Shown in pieces: positions 56,008 through 64,000 of a stretch of DNA of 64,000 bases. Under the pieces are notes generated by a model. The model was given only the letters and a program-made list of their open reading frames with translations. It was not told where the DNA came from and ran no database searches. Each line of letters starts with the position of its first letter. Position 1 is the stretch's first letter. Source of the stretch: Flavipsychrobacter sp. (GTDB taxonomy: Bacteria; Bacteroidota; Bacteroidia; Chitinophagales; Chitinophagaceae). The DNA is taken from contig CBDCKE010000003.1 in the NCBI GenBank assembly GCA_965218185.1, forward strand, positions 43,935-107,934. The letters are read 5' to 3'. A program made the translations under genes and the position numbers.

Positions 56008-56718
56008 TCATAAGGATCTGCGTTCCATCATTGCCGAATTCCCCCGCCGCCATTCCATCACACCCACATTCCCAAGCATTAAAAGCATCCCGTAAAAAAC
56101 GTCTTCAAACGGAATGGTGAAAATGCGGATGCCCAGGTTTTCAGCATCATTATAAAGCACAACAGGAATAGCCGTGAGGATGCCATTGACGATTAAAAAA
56201 GGAGCGAGGCTGATGGCATACATCCAGAGGAATGTGTTCGCACGGAAGCCCCGCATTTTCTTCCTGAAAAAATAAAAAAGCTGCAACGCCAATCCGCAAC
56301 CGCCGAAGGCAAAAACCGTGTAAGCGCGTTCATAAAAAACCATCGCAACCAGCAGCAACAAAATGCCAGTAACAAGGAAGATTTTCCAGGCAATAACTGC
56401 ATGTTTATTGAAAGAAAAATACCGCAGCAGGCATTCATAAATAAACACGCAGCAGTAAGGCACGGTAATAAAAAATAACCACTCTTCAATGGGCAGTCCG
56501 GCGATTTTAAAGCCGGTGATGTAAGCCTCGTTAAAACTCCAAATGCCTTGCCTGGTAAAGATTGCATCCCAAAAAACAAAAAAAGCGCCGGTGAAAAAGA
56601 TACCCCAAACCAGGTGTTTCCATTGTTTGTAGAAAGCAACTTTTTTATCGAAACTGAGGAGGAGCGGAAAGCAAATAGCAGCGGCATTGATGAGGAGATA
56701 CGTGAAATGCCTGTCCAT
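56008..56718 (-). CDS. Lycopene cyclase domain protein (fused CrtYc/CrtYd type)
   Basis: A 236-aa polytopic membrane protein with two repeated halves containing PIEEWLFF and IPFEDVFY motifs, which are characteristic of heterodimeric-type lycopene cyclase domains. Confidence 0.7.
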   Translation of the reverse strand: MDRHFTYLLINAAAICFPLLLSFDKKVAFYKQWKHLVWGIFFTGAFFVFWDAIFTRQGIWSFNEAYITGFKIAGLPIEEWLFFITVPYCCVFIYECLLRYFSFNKHAVIAWKIFLVTGILLLLVAMVFYERAYTVFAFGGCGLALQLFYFFRKKMRGFRANTFLWMYAISLAPFLIVNGILTAIPVVLYNDAENLGIRIFTIPFEDVFYGMLLMLGNVGVMEWRRGNSAMMERRSL

Positions 56719-56748
56719 GTTTTTTGGGAGATGATTTTGCGGACGGAA

Positions 56749-57225
56749 TTATGTTTTCTGTAACTGCGCTTCGCGTTTCACTTTTTGCCAGTAGCGCGCC
56801 GGTACAATTAATAATCCAAACGATTCTCCGGCATTTTTATCGAGGTTTTTATGGTGCATTTTGTGTGCCCAGCGCATCACACGCATGTATTGGTTATCGG
56901 CGCGGACAAACCATTTAAACCGTCGGTGAATCACCACATCGTGAATCAGAAAATAGCACACACCATAAAGCAAAATGCCTACGCCTATTGCCACTACCCA
57001 CCACACTTCGTTCATCCATCCAAGCATAATGCAAAGCCAGCTCGGGATGGCGAAAATCAGAAAAAAACTGTCGTTTTTCTGAAAGGGATGATAGCCGCCG
57101 TCGTGGTGGTCTTTATGAAGATGCCACAGGAATCCGTGCATCACAAATTTGTGGGTAGCCCAGGCAATCCCTTCCATCATTAGGAAGGCAGCAAGTGCGA
57201 TTAAAAATAGAAAAAGCAGGGTCAT
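56749..57225 (-). CDS. crtZ: Beta-carotene hydroxylase (CrtZ, fatty-acid hydroxylase superfamily)
   Basis: Histidine boxes HKFVMHGFLWHLHKDHH, HDVVIHRR and HKMHH. ATG 57225 forms an ATGA overlap with the upstream gene stop, giving a typical 158-aa CrtZ. Confidence 0.85.
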   Translation of the reverse strand: MTLLFLFLIALAAFLMMEGIAWATHKFVMHGFLWHLHKDHHDGGYHPFQKNDSFFLIFAIPSWLCIMLGWMNEVWWVVAIGVGILLYGVCYFLIHDVVIHRRFKWFVRADNQYMRVMRWAHKMHHKNLDKNAGESFGLLIVPARYWQKVKREAQLQKT

Positions 57226-57878
57226 AAAAACAAACGCAGCAAGAGGAAAAACAGGCACTGAATGAGAAACAAATTTATGCCGGATTGGTTGCGCGGTACT
57301 TTTAAAAAAAGCCAAAGCAAGCCGCATAAAAAAGAAAGTAAAAACCAGCAAACGTAGTTCCGCAGCGGGATGTAGCTATGCTGCCAATGCCAGTATCCCA
57401 GCTTTATGGCAACGGGTTCCATCAGCCAGTCGAAAGACGTGGCAAGGAGTGCAATTAAAAAAGCGATGACTAAATAATGCTTCCAGCCACGTTTTAAAAA
57501 AGGCTGCACAAGCGAAGCGATACCACAAATAAGCAATACCCAATTGGCGGCAATCAGCAGCGGTACTTCCTGAAATTTTACCCCGAGCGTAGTGCCGTAA
57601 GTGTAGTTTCCAAACAAGATGCCGGTGTGCACACCAATCCATTCTGCCAGAAAACTTGCGGCGCCAACAAGCATCGCCCCCACAAAAAAAAGTTGCCTTC
57701 CTGATGGCTGTGCGATTGCCAGCATTAGTAACATCAAAACCAAATGAAAAGGTGTGGTAGCCGCAAAATCAACGCCTTTCCAAAGGATGCCGATGAAGCC
57801 GATTGCATGAAAAAGCAAAGCAATTCCAGTGGTTATCCAAACGGTTTTTTTAGGTGAAAGCATCAGCGGGATGGGCAC
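57222..57878 (-). CDS. Carotenoid biosynthesis membrane protein (DUF422/Caroten_synth-like)
   Basis: A 7-TM-like hydrophobic protein in operon context directly upstream of crtZ. Assigned from memory of the family and from context. Confidence 0.5.
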   Translation of the reverse strand: MPIPLMLSPKKTVWITTGIALLFHAIGFIGILWKGVDFAATTPFHLVLMLLMLAIAQPSGRQLFFVGAMLVGAASFLAEWIGVHTGILFGNYTYGTTLGVKFQEVPLLIAANWVLLICGIASLVQPFLKRGWKHYLVIAFLIALLATSFDWLMEPVAIKLGYWHWQHSYIPLRNYVCWFLLSFLCGLLWLFLKVPRNQSGINLFLIQCLFFLLLRLFL

Positions 57879-59743
57879 ATTTTATCCAGGGCTTTTTGTG
57901 CTTCCGGAAAGTTGTGATTGAGGGCTTCATGCAAGTCGGCGCAAGGGTTTGAGCCCGCACTGCTTTTCATAATACCGCGCCAGTACCAGGCTTGCCCTAT
58001 GGAAGGATCAAGCGTTATTGTGCGGTCTAAATCAGCCATTGCATTTTGCATTTTCCGCCCGCGCGCCAGCAGCAATCCTCTTTGTAAAAAGAAAAGCGGC
58101 TCTTCATCATTCAAAGAAATAGCGGTGTTGTATGCATCCATGGCGGCGTTCAGATTTCCCAATGTTTCGTGGCTTTTTCCTTTGAGGAAATATGCCTTTG
58201 CATTTTCGGGTTCCTGGATGATTACGTTTTTAAAATCCTGCAACGCTTCTTTTGGTTGATTGTTTTGCTGCAACATTATTCCTCTGCTAAAAAGCGCTTT
58301 CGAAAAGTTAGCAATGCGGATGGATTGATTGAGCGCATCCATTGCCTGACGCGGCTTTCCGGTGCGTTGGTAAAGAAGTGCCAGATTGTAGTACGCCCGA
58401 TAATTTTGTGGGTCAATTTCAAGTGCTTTGTTGATGTGCTCTAATGCCTCGTCATACTTTCCAATCTTCATGTAAATGCCGCCCATGGTGTATTGCGCCA
58501 CGGTCGATTCCGGGAAGGTTTCAATCACATCATTCCAGAAATTAAACTCTGAAAGCCAGATATAGTTCCTGAAAAAAGTAAGCGCCGTAAACAAAAAACA
58601 AACGCAGGAAAGCGTCACAAAAGCAACAATTTCCTTTCCTCTTTTTTGGAAGAAATGAAGGAGATAATACACCGCTGGAAGCCAGATGCCGATGCACGGA
58701 ATGTAGAGATATCTATCAGCCGTCAGCACTTTTCCAAACTGAATGAATTGCAGCACCAGCGCGATGTTCACGGTGTAAAAAAGCAATCCGCCCAACAGCA
58801 TTCGTTCCTTCTTTTTAAAAAGAAAATAGCAGCCGATAGCTAACCCGATTAAGGCAATTAATGCCACCACATGAATGGCTTCCAAACCCAAAGGATGCGG
58901 ATACAAAACCGACAAATGGTAAGGGAAGAAGAGTTGAAAAATGTAGCTCCAGTAAGCATAAGTCGCAAAACAAATGGTGTGGAAAAAACTGGTTTGCGGA
59001 TTGAGGTTTAAAAAATCATCGTGTGCCTGTGCCTGAATAGCGATAATTCCAAAAACTAAAGACAATGCAAAAAGCGGCAGTTTTTCCAGCCAGGTTTGCA
59101 AGTTTCGCCATGATTTCCCTTGTATAATATCAATAGCAAGCAGCGAAAGCGGCAGCGCCACAGCAGTACCTTTTGAAAGCATGGAAGCCAGTGCAGCAGC
59201 GCACATCAGCCCATACCATTTCCATTTTTTGTTTTCAGAATACCGGATGTACCACCAAATGGAAAGCAGATAAAACAAGCCATACAAAACATTTTTCCGC
59301 TCTGCCACCCACGACACGGATTCCGTTTGCGAAGGGTGCAATGCAAACAATAAAGCCGTGAAAAGTCCCACCATTTTATTGCCCGAAAGTCTTGCAATAA
59401 TGGAGTAGAGTAGCAGTGCACTGCCGATGTGCAGCAACACGTTTACCAGGTGATACACAAACGGTTCACTGCCGCCAAAAGCATAATCAAGCGCATAAGA
59501 AAAAATAGTGATCGGCTGATAATTCCCGATGTAAAAACTGCTGAACCATTTGGAAATATTTTCGGCTGAAAGTGCGTGTACGTCACGGTTTTGGAGCACA
59601 TACTCTGTGTCATCCCACGGCATAAATCCGGCAGAAAAAATCTTGTAGTACGCCAGTAAAATCAGCAGAATGATGATGCCGAAATGCAGCTTTTTATCGC
59701 TCCAGAATGTTTGTGTTGTCGTGCTGTTCAGTTCCATACCCAA
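57863..59743 (-). CDS. Polytopic membrane protein with C-terminal TPR repeats (TMTC / PMT_2-like glycosyltransferase-fold candidate)
   Basis: About 10 N-terminal TM helices with an early DD/DT acidic motif (PWDDTEYV), then about 7 TPR units (AYYNLALLYQRTGKPRQAMDALNQSI and similar). Confidence 0.6.
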   Translation of the reverse strand: MGMELNSTTTQTFWSDKKLHFGIIILLILLAYYKIFSAGFMPWDDTEYVLQNRDVHALSAENISKWFSSFYIGNYQPITIFSYALDYAFGGSEPFVYHLVNVLLHIGSALLLYSIIARLSGNKMVGLFTALLFALHPSQTESVSWVAERKNVLYGLFYLLSIWWYIRYSENKKWKWYGLMCAAALASMLSKGTAVALPLSLLAIDIIQGKSWRNLQTWLEKLPLFALSLVFGIIAIQAQAHDDFLNLNPQTSFFHTICFATYAYWSYIFQLFFPYHLSVLYPHPLGLEAIHVVALIALIGLAIGCYFLFKKKERMLLGGLLFYTVNIALVLQFIQFGKVLTADRYLYIPCIGIWLPAVYYLLHFFQKRGKEIVAFVTLSCVCFLFTALTFFRNYIWLSEFNFWNDVIETFPESTVAQYTMGGIYMKIGKYDEALEHINKALEIDPQNYRAYYNLALLYQRTGKPRQAMDALNQSIRIANFSKALFSRGIMLQQNNQPKEALQDFKNVIIQEPENAKAYFLKGKSHETLGNLNAAMDAYNTAISLNDEEPLFFLQRGLLLARGRKMQNAMADLDRTITLDPSIGQAWYWRGIMKSSAGSNPCADLHEALNHNFPEAQKALDKMCPSR

Positions 59744-60486
59744 TTCAATGCGCCATGTGCATAAAATGCTTCTGTGCCATCCTCATGCAAAAGCAAAAGC
59801 CTTCCATCTTTTTGTGTTTCCAGTAGGGTGGCTTCAAACACATTTCCATCTTTTTCAAAAAGCTGCTTTTTGTTTTTTTTAAAGAGGTAAGCATTGTAAC
59901 GCTCCAAAGTTTCAAAGGTTGTTTTGGGATTTTTTATTGCTTCTAAAACGGCAATGCGAAGCGCATCAATCAACCCGCGTATTGCAAGGTTATTTCCGGT
60001 GGCAATTTTTAGGGAAGTAGCATATGGCAGGTCTTCAGGAAAATGATTTTGCAACACGTTGATTCCAACTCCAACCACGCTGTACGCCCAATGATTTCCG
60101 CGGATTACGTTTTCAATCAGAATGCCTCCTGTCTTTTTGGCATTAATAATAAGGTCGTTCGGGAATTTTATTTGCGGGTCAATGTTTTTATCAAAAGCTT
60201 TCAATACATCTGCAACGGCAACGGCAACGGCACAATTGAAAACCGCTTGCTCCTGTAAACCATGTTTGGGCGATGCAATAATGCTCATCAAAACGCTTTC
60301 ACCCGCCGCATCATACCATTTATTTTCACGCTGCCCCTTGCCTTCCGTTTGGCTTTTCGCTACGATTGTCAGCCCATCCTGCGCCTTATCGGCATCTATC
60401 AGCCGCATGGCATACTTATTGGTGCTGTCCGCAAAATCAAGCTCCACGACGGGTGCATCTTTAAGCGCGTGAAAACTGTGAGGCAA
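59728..60486 (-). CDS. birA: Biotin--[acetyl-CoA-carboxylase] ligase (group I, no HTH)
   Basis: STNKYA, SQTEGKGQRENKW (GRGRxGRxW-type motif) and KFPNDLIINAKKTGGILIE. Confidence 0.88.
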   Translation of the reverse strand: MPHSFHALKDAPVVELDFADSTNKYAMRLIDADKAQDGLTIVAKSQTEGKGQRENKWYDAAGESVLMSIIASPKHGLQEQAVFNCAVAVAVADVLKAFDKNIDPQIKFPNDLIINAKKTGGILIENVIRGNHWAYSVVGVGINVLQNHFPEDLPYATSLKIATGNNLAIRGLIDALRIAVLEAIKNPKTTFETLERYNAYLFKKNKKQLFEKDGNVFEATLLETQKDGRLLLLHEDGTEAFYAHGALNWVWN

Positions 60487-60493
60487 GAATCAT

Positions 60494-60501
60494 TAATTTT
60501 G
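60494..60501 (+). promoter_or_regulatory. -7 box TAATTTTG upstream of rsfS
   Basis: Matches TAnnTTTG, 39 nt before the rsfS start. Confidence 0.4.
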
Positions 60502-60539
60502 AGCGTAAAGATATTACCAAACAAAAACGCCCGCAGCAT

Positions 60540-60938
60540 TTGGAGAAAATAATCAACACACTTCAGGGAAGAAAGAAAACGGAACCCCGCCTCACCAGAA
60601 ACAGCAAATTATTTAAGGTTGTAATCAACGCTATCCGCGATAAAAAAGGAACAGCAATCGTTTCACTCGATTTAAGAAAAATTGAAGAAGGCGTAGCAGA
60701 TTTTTTTATTGTTTGCGAAGCACAATCGCATGTGCAGATTAAAGCCATCGCCGAAAATATTAAAGACGAAGTGTGGCAGCAATGCGATGAAAAACCTTAC
60801 CACATAGAACACGGCCAGCAATGGACGCTCGTGGATTACGTGAACATTGTGGTGCACATTTTCGACCAGGAACACCGCAAATTTTACGACCTCGAAAGCC
60901 TTTGGGCAGACGTTTCGCCCACAGACCACGAAGACTAA
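60540..60938 (+). CDS. rsfS: Ribosome silencing factor RsfS
   Basis: DKKGTAIVSLDL...ADFFIVCEAQSHVQIKAIAENI...WTLVDYVNIVVHIFDQEHRKFYDLESLW is canonical RsfS. TTG start. Confidence 0.9.
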   Translation: MEKIINTLQGRKKTEPRLTRNSKLFKVVINAIRDKKGTAIVSLDLRKIEEGVADFFIVCEAQSHVQIKAIAENIKDEVWQQCDEKPYHIEHGQQWTLVDYVNIVVHIFDQEHRKFYDLESLWADVSPTDHED

Positions 60939-60971
60939 AACCCTGTATTTTCTAAGACTACAAAACGACTA

Positions 60972-62969
60972 ATGGAAGAAAACAAACAAAATCCGATGCT
61001 GCCGGGCAGCAATAACCGCCCGCCGCGCAAAGGTCCGAAGTTCAATATCTATTGGGTTTACGGTATTATCATCCTCTCACTCATTGCTGTTCAGTTTTTT
61101 ACTAGCAATTGGAATTCTCCTGTTCGCGAAATGAGTTTTCAGGATTTCAGAAGGCAATATCTCGACAAGGGAATTGTTTCTAAACTGGAAGTGGTGAATA
61201 AAAATGAGGTGGACGTTTACACAAAAAATCAGCAGCCTTCCCAATCATCAAATCCTGTAAAAAGCAACGACAATCAACCTGCCATCACGTTTAAAATTGG
61301 TTCAGTAGAGTCTTTTGAAAACAATTTGAAAGAGGCTCAGGAAAACGTGCCGCCGGAGCAAAAAATCTCCCCCATTTATGTAGAGCGCGTTTCTATTTTA
61401 CACGATGTGCTGAGTTCCTTTTTGTTCCCAATCATCATCCTTGTTGCCATGTGGTTCCTCATTATGCGGAAGATGGGTGGCGGCGCTCCGGGCGGTGGTG
61501 CAGGCGGCATTTTCAACATCGGCAAAAGCAAAGCGCAGTTGTTTGAAAAAGGCACGCGCGTCAACATTACGTTCAATGATGTAGCCGGTTTGGATGAAGC
61601 AAAAGTGGAAGTAATGGAGATTGTTGACTTCCTTAAAAACCCTAAAAAATACACCGCATTGGGAGGCAAAATTCCTAAAGGTGCACTGCTCGTAGGACCT
61701 CCCGGTACGGGAAAAACATTACTTGCAAAAGCCGTAGCCGGTGAGGCGCAGGTGCCATTCTTCTCTATGTCCGGTTCTGATTTTGTAGAGCTTTTTGTGG
61801 GCGTTGGTGCAAGCCGCGTAAGAGATTTATTTAAGCAGGCTCGTGAAAAAGCCCCCTGCATTGTATTCATCGATGAGATTGATGCCATCGGTCGTGCACG
61901 CGGAAAAAACATGATGATGAGCAACGACGAAAGAGAAAACACCCTTAATCAGTTGCTTGTAGAAATGGATGGATTTAGTGGTGAAACAGGCATCATCGTG
62001 CTTGCAGCTACCAACCGTCCTGATGTGCTTGATACCGCTTTGCTGCGCCCGGGTCGTTTCGATAGGCAGATTTCCATTGACATTCCGGATGTGAAGGGAC
62101 GTGAGAAAATTTTTGACGTCCACCTGAAGCCGATTAAAAAATCCAAAGACCTCGACATTCATAAACTGGCGGTGCAAACGCCCGGTTTTGCCGGTGCCGA
62201 CATTGCCAATATTTGTAACGAAGCTGCGCTCATTGCTGCCCGCCAGGGGAAAACAGAAGTGGACATGCAGGACTTCAACGATGCTATCGACCGCGTAATT
62301 GGCGGACTCGAAAAGAAGAACAAAATCATCTCTCCGGAAGAGAAAAAAGTAATCGCCTTTCACGAATCAGGACATGCAATTTGCGGATGGTTTCTCGAAC
62401 ATGCACATCCACTCATTAAGGTGTCGATTGTGCCGCGTGGCGTAGCTGCTTTGGGATACGCACAGTACCTGCCAAAGGAACAATACCTCTACACAATGGA
62501 GCAATTGCAAGACCAGATGGTAGCGCTTTTTGGCGGCAGAGCAGCGGAAGAACTCACCTTCGGTCGCGTCTCCACAGGTGCACAAAACGACCTGGAGCGC
62601 ATCACCAAAATGGCATACAGCATGGTGAGCATTTACGGCATGAATCCACGCGTTGGTAACATTTCTTACCACGATAATAATCAGGAATACGCCACCACAA
62701 AACCATATTCAGAAGAGACTTCAAAAATGATTGATGAAGAAGTGCGGGAACTGATTTTGGGTCAATACAACCGCGCAAAGGAATTGCTCAGAAAACACCT
62801 GCATCATTTGAATGCACTTGCCGGAGAATTATTGAAAAAAGAAGTGCTTTTTAAAGATGATTTAGTGCGGCTGATTGGCGAGCGTCCTTACGAAGAAACA
62901 ACTCCTAACGAAGGCATTCCGCCCATTACAGGAACCGTTATTGAAGACAGTCCATTATCTGCTTCCTGA
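60972..62969 (+). CDS. ftsH: ATP-dependent zinc metalloprotease FtsH
   Basis: Walker [14 protein letters not shown], Walker [32 protein letters not shown] and the zinc motif HESGHA. Confidence 0.97.
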   Translation: MEENKQNPMLPGSNNRPPRKGPKFNIYWVYGIIILSLIAVQFFTSNWNSPVREMSFQDFRRQYLDKGIVSKLEVVNKNEVDVYTKNQQPSQSSNPVKSNDNQPAITFKIGSVESFENNLKEAQENVPPEQKISPIYVERVSILHDVLSSFLFPIIILVAMWFLIMRKMGGGAPGGGAGGIFNIGKSKAQLFEKGTRVNITFNDVAGLDEAKVEVMEIVDFLKNPKKYTALGGKIPKGALLVGPPGTGKTLLAKAVAGEAQVPFFSMSGSDFVELFVGVGASRVRDLFKQAREKAPCIVFIDEIDAIGRARGKNMMMSNDERENTLNQLLVEMDGFSGETGIIVLAATNRPDVLDTALLRPGRFDRQISIDIPDVKGREKIFDVHLKPIKKSKDLDIHKLAVQTPGFAGADIANICNEAALIAARQGKTEVDMQDFNDAIDRVIGGLEKKNKIISPEEKKVIAFHESGHAICGWFLEHAHPLIKVSIVPRGVAALGYAQYLPKEQYLYTMEQLQDQMVALFGGRAAEELTFGRVSTGAQNDLERITKMAYSMVSIYGMNPRVGNISYHDNNQEYATTKPYSEETSKMIDEEVRELILGQYNRAKELLRKHLHHLNALAGELLKKEVLFKDDLVRLIGERPYEETTPNEGIPPITGTVIEDSPLSAS

Positions 62970-62994
62970 TTTTTTTTAGAAACTAAATTTTCAA

Positions 62995-63026
62995 AGCGAT
63001 GGCTGAAAGGCTGTCGCTTTTTTTTA
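62995..63026 (+). terminator. Probable terminator after ftsH
   Basis: Imperfect stem agcgatggc / gctgtcgct followed by a T8 run. Confidence 0.55.
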
Positions 63027-63058
63027 CTTATTTTCGGGTGTGCTTTAAAGGAAAATTT

Positions 63059-63208
63059 ATGAAAACGACAATTCTTATCATTGCTTACCTGTCAGGTTTT
63101 TTTGCTACGAAAGCTCAATTTGCCCCCGTTGGTGCAGAATGGAATTACACAAGCAATTTGGTAAAATTTATAAATATCAAGTCAGTAAAAGATACCATCG
63201 TCCCGTGA
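63059..63208 (+). pseudogene. 5' fragment of a secreted-protein gene (49 codons only)
   Basis: MKTTILIIAYLSGFFATKAQFAPVGAEWNYTS... is a signal peptide plus the typical opening of large Bacteroidota surface proteins, but a stop follows after 49 codons. Confidence 0.45.
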
Positions 63209-63437
63209 TGCAAACGTCACCCAGGAAACGTTTAAACAAAGCCAGAAATCCCTCACTGATGCTGCAATTATTGATTTCAATGATCTCTATAATGAAGTCA
63301 TTATAATGGCTGGCGTAGCCAAAATCGCCTATAAAGATGACCCAACAATGCTCGACCGCTTCACGTATAGCACCGTCTTGCGCAGCATGAACCGCACCCG
63401 CCGCCAAAGCGATCCACCACCACCTCCCGAGGCATAG
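63189..63437 (+). pseudogene. Start-less C-terminal gene remnant
   Basis: Manual translation of the frame from 63189 gives KIPSSRDANVTQETFKQSQKSLTDAAIIDFNDLYNEVIIMAGVAKIAYKDDPTMLDRFTYSTVLRSMNRTRRQSDPPPPPEA*. It looks protein-like, but there is no plausible start and an in-frame stop lies at 63186-63188. Confidence 0.4.
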
Positions 63438-63478
63438 ATAATACCATTTGGACTTGTAAAAGCTTTATAAAAGAAAAC

Positions 63479-63576
63479 GTCATTGCGAGGGCTTGCCCGA
63501 AGCAATCTGAAGCCAAACTTAAAATTTCATCAATCCTCCCCATTTCTTCATATAGCTTCACTGCGTTCGCTATGAT
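63479..63576 (+). repeat. REP/MITE-like element with imperfect terminal inverted repeats
   Basis: gtcattgcgagggcttgcccgaagcaatctg matches the inverted copy at 40860-40889. Its left end gtcattgcga is roughly complementary to tcgctatgat at 63567-63576. The cattgcgag...gaagcaatc theme is a repeat type I recognise from Bacteroidota genomes. Confidence 0.6.
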
Positions 63577-63670
63577 GCCCCAAATTGGTAATCTTAATGT
63601 CTATTTGATATAAATGCATAAAGCCCCCACTTTTTGGTAGGGGCTTCTTTTTGTATAATAAAATTAAATA

Positions 63671-63890
63671 CCTGAGTCTTCGTGGATCATTCCTAAGTCT
63701 TTTTTACTTACCCTAAGTCTTCGTGGATCATTCCTAAGTCTTTTTTAGTTACCCCGGGTCTTCGTGACCAAACCCCGGCTCTTCGCAGCCAATTCTCAAG
63801 CCTTCGCGGCCAAACCCCGGGTCTTTTTATTTCAACCCCACGTCTTCTGGATAAATTTCCATGTCTTCGTGCATTCACCCCGCCTTTCAG
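63671..63890. repeat. Phased array of about 10 GTCTTCGTG-like motifs (two 41-bp tandem units, then degenerate 20-21-bp units)
   Basis: Exact gtcttcgtg at 63676, 63717, 63758 and 63863. Degenerate copies (gtctttttt, ctcttcgca, gccttcgcg, gtcttttta, gtcttctgg) at 63697, 63738, 63779, 63800, 63821 and 63842. The spacing is a constant 20-21 bp. Confidence 0.85.
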
Positions 63891-64000
63891 ATATAAATTC
63901 CTAACTAAAATCGATTTTACCCCATCCTTTCGCCAAACCTGCACAACCTGACTACTCTTTCCCCCAACCCTATCTTCGCCCCATGCCCACATCCCCCGCC

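Noticed and set aside
63671-63890. Could the regularly spaced repeats near the right edge be a CRISPR array?
   Set aside because: The period is only 20-21 bp. The 'spacers' are themselves repeated or C-rich variants rather than unique 30-40-bp sequences. The repeats degenerate progressively, and no cas genes are in the window.
63708-63992. 94-aa minus-strand ORF across the phased repeat array, as a repeat-containing protein.
   Set aside because: Its repetitive peptide (RRPGV / RRAGV and similar) simply reflects the DNA repeat. There is no start context or signal, and the repeat degenerates in a way typical of non-coding DNA.
1-64000. Search by eye for tRNA, rRNA, tmRNA, RNase P, riboswitches, transposases and integrases.
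   Set aside because: I could not recognise any cloverleaf-compatible segment, rRNA-like block or recombinase ORF. Absence is based on visual inspection only and should be confirmed with tRNAscan-SE, Infernal and ISfinder.

Overview
This window looks like a 64-kb chromosomal fragment of a Bacteroidota genome. The evidence is two proteins with T9SS C-terminal sorting domains, TAnnTTTG-type -7 promoter boxes, a ribosomal protein THX homologue and CrtZ/CrtY-type carotenoid genes. It resembles Chitinophagaceae or Sphingobacteriia, but I cannot assign a taxon without a search. Most of the window is housekeeping. The centre (27.6-37.1 kb) is the S10-spc ribosomal protein cluster, 19 genes from rpsJ to rpsE. 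Around it lie atpG, rsgA, hup, recN, dprA, rsmE, an ECF sigma factor, sppA, folK, recQ, surE, birA, rsfS, ftsH, a TviB/TviC-like UDP-sugar pair and a partial carotenoid operon. The most interesting region is a 6.8-kb, five-gene, co-directional Type I restriction-modification operon directly upstream of rpsJ (20.56-27.28 kb). Its order is hsdM (broken by a +1 frameshift in a T7 run), hsdS, a HipA-like kinase, a DUF3037 protein, then hsdR. The kinase/DUF3037 pair is translationally coupled and sits where the PrrC anticodon nuclease sits in the E. coli prr locus. I propose it as a candidate uncharacterised defence or abortive-infection module. Secondary observations:
- The r-protein cluster is cut at both ends.
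- The right edge carries an array of about 10 motif copies phased at 21 bp, next to gene remnants.
- A THX protein is fused to a histone-H1-like lysine-rich tail.
- There is a small secreted His/Arg/Lys/Pro-rich peptide.
- A sensory-rhodopsin-transducer homologue has no rhodopsin nearby.
- A divergent UDG-fold-like orphan sits in an A/T-rich patch.
- REP/MITE-like repeats are dispersed in the window.
I found no rRNA, tRNA, CRISPR array, transposase or integrase. All family assignments come from reading the translations by eye, because no HMM or BLAST search was possible.
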